From positions 81,096,001 to 81,160,000 of the forward strand of contig NC_058385.1 of the NCBI RefSeq assembly GCF_018350175.1: DNA of 64,000 bases, in the 5' to 3' direction. The notes under the pieces are model-generated. The model did no database searches. It saw only the letters and a list, made by a program, of their open reading frames with translations, and was not told where the DNA came from. The translations under genes and the position numbers were made by a program. This DNA comes from Felis catus. Its lineage: Eukaryota. This document shows, in pieces, positions 58,750 through 64,000 of this stretch; the first letter of the stretch is position 1, and each line of letters opens with the position of its first letter.

Positions 58750-59110
58750 GGCCGGGGCCGGGGTTAGCGTGAAGGGTGCGCGTGCGTGCGTGGTGGACCC
58801 TGTGTCCATTTAACAGTGTAGATGTTTATCCCCCCAGGGGTTCCTTAGGGGGAGTTTTTGTTTTTAAAATGTTGCATCGAAAGACTGTTTATCTGGATTG
58901 CCGAGCCTCTTGCACTGACTCTCCCTGGTCCCAGCTCCATGGGATCCAATCTTTATTTATTTAAACTTCTGATATTCTGTTCACCTTGGACCGTTGTGTG
59001 TGCGGTATTTTTCACATACTGCATGAAAATAGTATTTATCTTGATTGCGGAGTTTCCTGGCACCCCCTCGGGTTCTGCGTCCAGGGCCAGTGCCTCGCTT
59101 CCCACTCCTG
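58750..59110. mobile_element. MER96B-like hAT-Tip100 DNA transposon
   Basis: Reverse strand reads gaggcactggccctggacgcagaa..gggggtgccaggaaactccgcaatcaagataaatactattttcatgcagtat..gaacagaatatca..tttaaataaa, matching recalled MER96B. Confidence 0.65.
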
Positions 59111-59834
59111 GGAGAGGAGGGCATGTCAGCTCTGGGCTGTGGAGGCTGGAGCAGCCCTGGGGCATCGCTCTCCAGCGAGGCCGGAGCCCTGGCCCGCAGC
59201 CCGCCACCCCCCCCTCCCAACACCCCGGCAGCGTGGGCTGCTCCCCTGGCCTCAGTTTTGTCACTGGGAGAGGGGGGGTTTCTTAGCGTCCTTGCTAAGC
59301 CTAGTTCCTGGTGACGGTCAAGGGACAGCACAGTTATCTTAGAAAACATCGAAAGCGTTCCAGCTCCCCGGGCAAGTTCTGTGTGACTTGGGGCAAATGG
59401 GCAATTGTAGGGCAAACGCAAAGCAAGGGACGAGCAGCGCTGGGATGACACGGTGAGAAAGGCACCGCGTGCCCCACCGTTGGGCATTGCACGAGCCGGC
59501 GTAGCTGCAAATCCCAGTTTCTTAAAACTGCTGCTGCCTTCTCTGTCCTGGGTGTGCCTGGCACCCCACGCAGGGCCGGGAGACTCTGTCGGACCCCGCA
59601 GGCTCAGAGCGGTCCTGGCACAGAGTGAGCGTCAAAGGGCGGCCTGTCCTTGGTAACCTGGGGTGCTGCGGCTGCTATCCCTTTCCCTCAGGGCCCCGAG
59701 AACCCCTGCCCCCCCAGCCCCCCAAGCCAGGCCATGCCCTTCCCCCCACCCCCGCCCCCTGCCCTGTACTTCCGTCCTGATTTCTTCATTTCTCCGGCAG
59801 GCCTGCCGTGGCCTGACTAGCGTGACAGATACGC

Positions 59835-60220
59835 TCGAATGTGTCTAATCCTTGTCAAGAGATTTGGAGTTGCTTTAAGCAGAGCAGATGAATTAACCAT
59901 TTTGGCAGGGAGGGGCTTTTCTCTGCTTTTGAGAAGCGGGGCCAACTGAGGTTGGCAGCTAGGGGCCGGGGCCGGCCTCGAGCCTCAGGTCCCGACCCCC
60001 GCCGGGGCGCAAGCAGAGGCCGTGAGGCCACCCGCCACCTGATTTTGGTCGGAGACACAGAAGGGAAGGAGTTAAGCCGTGAGCTGCCTTCCCCAAAGCA
60101 ATTAATTACAGAATTGGAGAGGTAGGCCCAGACAATTACGTCCTAGACAAAGGAGACGGAGGGAGGCGAGGGTAATAACTTCAGAGGGCCTCGCGCTGTG
60201 AGATTAATAAGCGTTTGGCA
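59835..60220. promoter_or_regulatory. Candidate enhancer (TAAT-rich)
   Basis: CTAATCC, GAATTAA, CAATTAATTAC, CAATTA, GTAATA and GATTAAT within about 400 bp of otherwise GC-rich DNA. Confidence 0.4.
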
Positions 60221-61589
60221 TTTGGGCGGCCGGCGGGGACTTGGGCAGCTCTGCCCCAGGGCCTGCTGCGTGCTGCCCCTTGGGAAACCCCCGGGCTCAG
60301 GTCACTGTTACTGTGGCAGCTGCCCCTGTTGGCTTCTTCCAGAGGGTGGGGGCGGGGCAGGCGGAAGGGGGGGCTGGGGGAGGGGGTCCTGGGGCTTTGG
60401 GATGGAGATCCAGGCTTGACCTCAGCCCCAGCCAGGACGCCTTGCAAAGGAAGAAGGCCACTGGGCTCGAGACCCTGCTTTGCCACTTATGAAGCGCTGA
60501 CCTGTGACAAACGGGGTTCCTGTCTCCTCCTCCAAGTGACAATGATCACAGTGGGCCGGCCGGCCACGCAGGGTCAAAAGAGACTGTGGGACAAGGCTTT
60601 GGTGATGTTCCTGGCGTGGGGCGAAGGCTCGAGGCCGTGCCTTTCTTGCCCCTGCAGCCCCCCCAACCGCCTGGCACACTGCAGGGCCCGCCCTCCGCCG
60701 CCCACTCCAGCGCCGGCCATCAAGCCCCGGGCCCGTCCCTCCTAAGCAGCCTGACCCCCGCACTGCAGCACAGGGTGGCTGTCCCCTTCCCCACCATCTC
60801 CTCTTCCCTTGAAACGCCCCTGCCAGGGGAAAGGGAAGTCCTAAGGAGAGGGAGGTCCGGGGCTAGGAGAGCGGAGTTCATTCACTGATTAATTCACTCA
60901 TTCATTCATCCCTCAGACAGCTGTTTCCTGGAGCCGGCCTGTTTGCTGCCAGGGGCCCCGATGGGCCAGCCCAGCCTGGTGCCCCGTCCTTGCGGAACAC
61001 GCCTGCAGGACCAGGGACACACGGCTGGGAGACTGGCAAATGTATTCAGCAGCCTTTCAGGGGAGGCATGCTTCTGCGACAAGACTCAGCAGGGGCAGGG
61101 AGCGAGTGAGGGCCGAGAGGGCGGGGTGGGCCCTGCGTTCTGGTGCAGGGAGGATGTGTGCCGGGGGCCAGCAGCCCGGGGCGGGGTGAGGCTGTGCGGT
61201 GTGGCCACTCTGGCCAGCGGGGTCCAGCCTAGGGACCCAAAGACCCCGCTCAACCCCAGGCCCGCAGGGGGACAAGGAGGCGGGCCAGGTCCTGGCCGGA
61301 TCTGTTTCTCTAGCCGTGACATGGGGGAACAGGAACCAGTCCCAGGGCTGCAGGAGACCCCACATGCGGAGCCACGGCCCCCAGGAGGCCCCCTCCAAGG
61401 GCCTCTGCTTGGCGGGAAGGGCCCTCCCCGGTCGCCCAGCCTCACTGTGCCCCGTTCACGCCGGCCGGAGGGGCCGATCAGCCGCGTTAAGCCAAGGGCT
61501 TCGGGGCTTTGAGGAGCCCCTTCCCCCACACGCGTGCGCGGGCGAAATCGCGTTCCCTCCTCCACTCCTATCTCTGTGCAGCAGACGCG

Positions 61590-61855
61590 CGGGGAGGCTT
61601 TTAAATACTAACTGGAAAGCCCCGAACCGCCGGACTTGGGCAGGCAGGTGCCTTTAATTCTTCATTTTCTCGCCCCCGGCGCCACCCCTCGCGGGCCGCG
61701 CTTTCTGTTTAATTAGGGGAGAGAGAAAATTGTGACATCAACTCAAGGGCATCCCCTCCCCGATGCGGAGAAAGCAGGGAATTAATCGCAGGCCTAGCCA
61801 GCACGGCCCCCTGAGCAAATCCACTTACTGATTTAAACAGTTGTAGATAAGGTGG
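61590..61855. promoter_or_regulatory. Candidate enhancer (TAAT/GATA/TGACA-rich) in CpG-rich context
   Basis: TTTAATT, TTTAATTAG, TGACATCA, GAATTAATC, TGATTTAA and AGATAAG. Confidence 0.4.
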
Positions 61856-63099
61856 GGGGAGGGGCGGCCTCTGGGGGCTGCGGTGCAGGGAGCCCCGCCC
61901 CTCCGAGAGGCTGGGCCTCGGGAAGCAGCAGAGGGTCACGTGGCCCCCCGCCCCCGCCGAGCCCCGCACAAAGCCGGGGGCAGAGGCAGGTTTGTGTTCT
62001 CCGTTCTGGAAATCTGAGAGCTGGGAACAGGCTGGGGGCAGGGACAGCTGGGCAGCCGAGGGGGCGGACTTTGAAATCTGTTCGATCACTCATTCATCCA
62101 CCCACCCACCCAGCCGTCCTTTCATTCATTCGTGCTACGCGCACTTTTCCAAGGCGGGGCGGGCTTCAGGCTCTGTCCTGGGCACGAGGCTCAAGGCTAA
62201 GCGAGAGGGACCCTGTCCGCTCCCGCGGCCCAGGCCAGTCTCCTGAAGACGCCATGGACCCGATGACCGTACCCCTGTGGCTGTGCTCGTCTCCGGTCCC
62301 CCGGACTGCCCCGTGGTTTGGCCAATGACCTAGCATCCCGGCACCTCCCTGGTCTGGTCACTGCAGTGGGGGCCTGGGGGCGGGGCGGGCGGATGACCAG
62401 TTGGTACAGGTGCCACGAGGGAGCACTCCCTCTCTGTGCCTCCTCTAGAGTCCCCAGAGCCCCTGTGACCTCACCCCTTCTCCCAGGGGGGCCTCCAGGA
62501 TGCAGCCCTGGCAGGAAACTCCTCTGAGCACCATTTCCTCCCCCCGCCAGGAGGACACGCATAGAGGGCATGTCCCCAGCACGGGCTACATCCCCTCTTG
62601 TGCCCCATGTCCTGGTGGCAGGCCCAGCTCTTGGGGCACCGTCCCTGCCCATGTGGGAGGTGGGTGGTCCTTCTTCTGACGTGGGGTGAAGCCTCACCTT
62701 GGGGCCTCTCCTCCTCCCCACTGCCTGCACTGGATTTATCCACTCACCAAACCAGCTCCCCGGTCCAGGCTGTTGGCTTCCTAATCTGCTGCTGCGATCC
62801 CTCAGGAGTCCCTGACTCAGTGAGGGTTCTTCCCGCTCCAAAGCCTTGGCAGGGCTGAGGATGGGGACAGGCGTGGGGTTTCCGTCTTACCCCCGCTCTG
62901 CCGCGCCAGGGCTGCGGCCTGAGTGAGTCGGCCCCTGGCCCCCAGTCACCCTGTGTGTGAACAAGTGTCAGGCTGGACGGTCCATCCCTGCTTGGACAGT
63001 GTGGGACTTTGCAGGGCTCCTGGAACCGCGGGCCTGACCCTGGAGTCCCCAAGGTGTCCACCTCTCTCTCTGCCTCAGGATCACTGCCGTAGCGTTTGG

Positions 63100-63350
63100 T
63101 TCCGGGACGATTCCTGATTCAGAGGTTATTTCGCTGCTGACACACCTGTGGTCAGCCGGTCAGGGCCGCTGCCGTCCAAGGGCTTGTCCGGGGCCAGGAC
63201 CTGCCCCACGCGGCTGCAGCTGGAGGCCTCTCCCTACAGCTGCTTGAGCGTCCTCACGAGGTGGTGGGCAGTGATGGGCAGGTAGCGGGAGAGTGACGGA
63301 GAGATAGGAGGACCCTAGAGGCCAGTCACCAAATCCAGCTACCCAGGTGT
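63100..63350 (-). mobile_element. MaLR LTR relic (MLT1F/H-like)
   Basis: ggcctctcc..gctgcttgagcgtcctcac landmark. Confidence 0.45.
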
Positions 63351-63680
63351 GGGGGGTGGGGGGGAGGACGACTCAGCTCTGCCTCCCAGCCCATGGCCAG
63401 CCTGAGCTTCCTCCCTTCCCCGATGGCCCACCCCTCCCCGCCTCTCCCCATGCTGTTCCCAGGCCTCTTCTGGCCTGGCTGTCTCCTCCTCTGTCTGTGG
63501 GCGCTGTTGAGTCTGTCTGTCCGTCTGGTGAGCGTGTTTCTCCCTGGTCACCTTCCCCGTGTCCCACCTCTGCAGCCAGGGAGACACCATCTTCCTGCAC
63601 AGTTTCGGGGGCCCTGCTGGACACCCACCGCCGTGAGCATGGGCCTCCTCTTCCTCATTCAAATCCAGCCTCTTCAACTG

Positions 63681-63930
63681 CTGATCGTTGAAAGGAAGAA
63701 AAACGAAGAGAAAAGAAATTCAGCCTGTGGAGAGCCGCCCGCCAGGCACACTGTGCTGTGTAGTGAGGACTGAGAATTTCAGAGCCTCTCCGCCTGGAGC
63801 CCGGCTGCCTCCTGACCGTGAGCCACACTCCCCTCCTGGCCGGTCCTCCTGTTCTGTGTCCCCTCCCTGGGCCCCCATGCTGGCAATAGGAGGTGGCCAC
63901 CCACCCCAACAGGGGATGATGGAGACTCAC
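63681..63930 (-). other. Candidate 250-nt spliceosomal intron of an unidentified, probably non-coding transcript
   Basis: Donor CAG|GTGAGT at 63931/63930; acceptor TTTCTTTTCTCTTCGTTTTTCTTCCTTTCAACGATCAG|CAG at 63681/63680. Confidence 0.35.
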
Positions 63931-64000
63931 CTGTTCGGTGGGGTGTTGACTCTCCGTGGCCCCACCCTCACCTCATCTGGGCCCAGACTCCTGCCCCTTC

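Noticed and set aside
63655-63680. Peptide AVEEAGFE resembling a heavy-metal-associated domain helix
   Set aside because: Only 8 residues followed by a stop, with no CxxC motif or other domain sequence nearby.

Overview
GC-rich, CpG-retaining mammalian genomic DNA. It is most likely feliform (cat-like), because it carries several feline-type CanSINEs (SINEC_Fc-like) with clear target-site duplications. I cannot support any protein-coding gene. The many listed ORFs are the chance ORFs expected in GC-rich DNA, or come from tandem repeats; the only ORFs with real protein similarity are decayed LINE-1 ORF1/ORF2 pieces. The window looks like an intergenic or deep-intronic interval with three components. 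(i) Old transposon relics: MaLR/MLT1 and LTR16 LTRs, MER20/MER58A/MER3/Charlie/MER96B DNA transposons, MIR, L2 and L1M, including a nested L1 complex at about 49.3-55.8 kb. (ii) Two minisatellites and a 0.9-kb polypyrimidine tract. (iii) About 15 short, non-repetitive AT-rich islands dense in homeodomain, PBX, MEF2, POU, TCF and GATA motifs, which resemble enhancers of a developmental regulatory landscape; their conservation is untested. The most notable signals are patchy AT-to-GC erosion of ancient repeats (possible GC-biased gene conversion), a candidate 250-nt minus-strand intron at the right edge, and a perfect double E-box hairpin. Repeat family names come from recalled consensus sequences, not a database search, and relic boundaries are approximate. 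I found no convincing evidence of a wholly new biological system.
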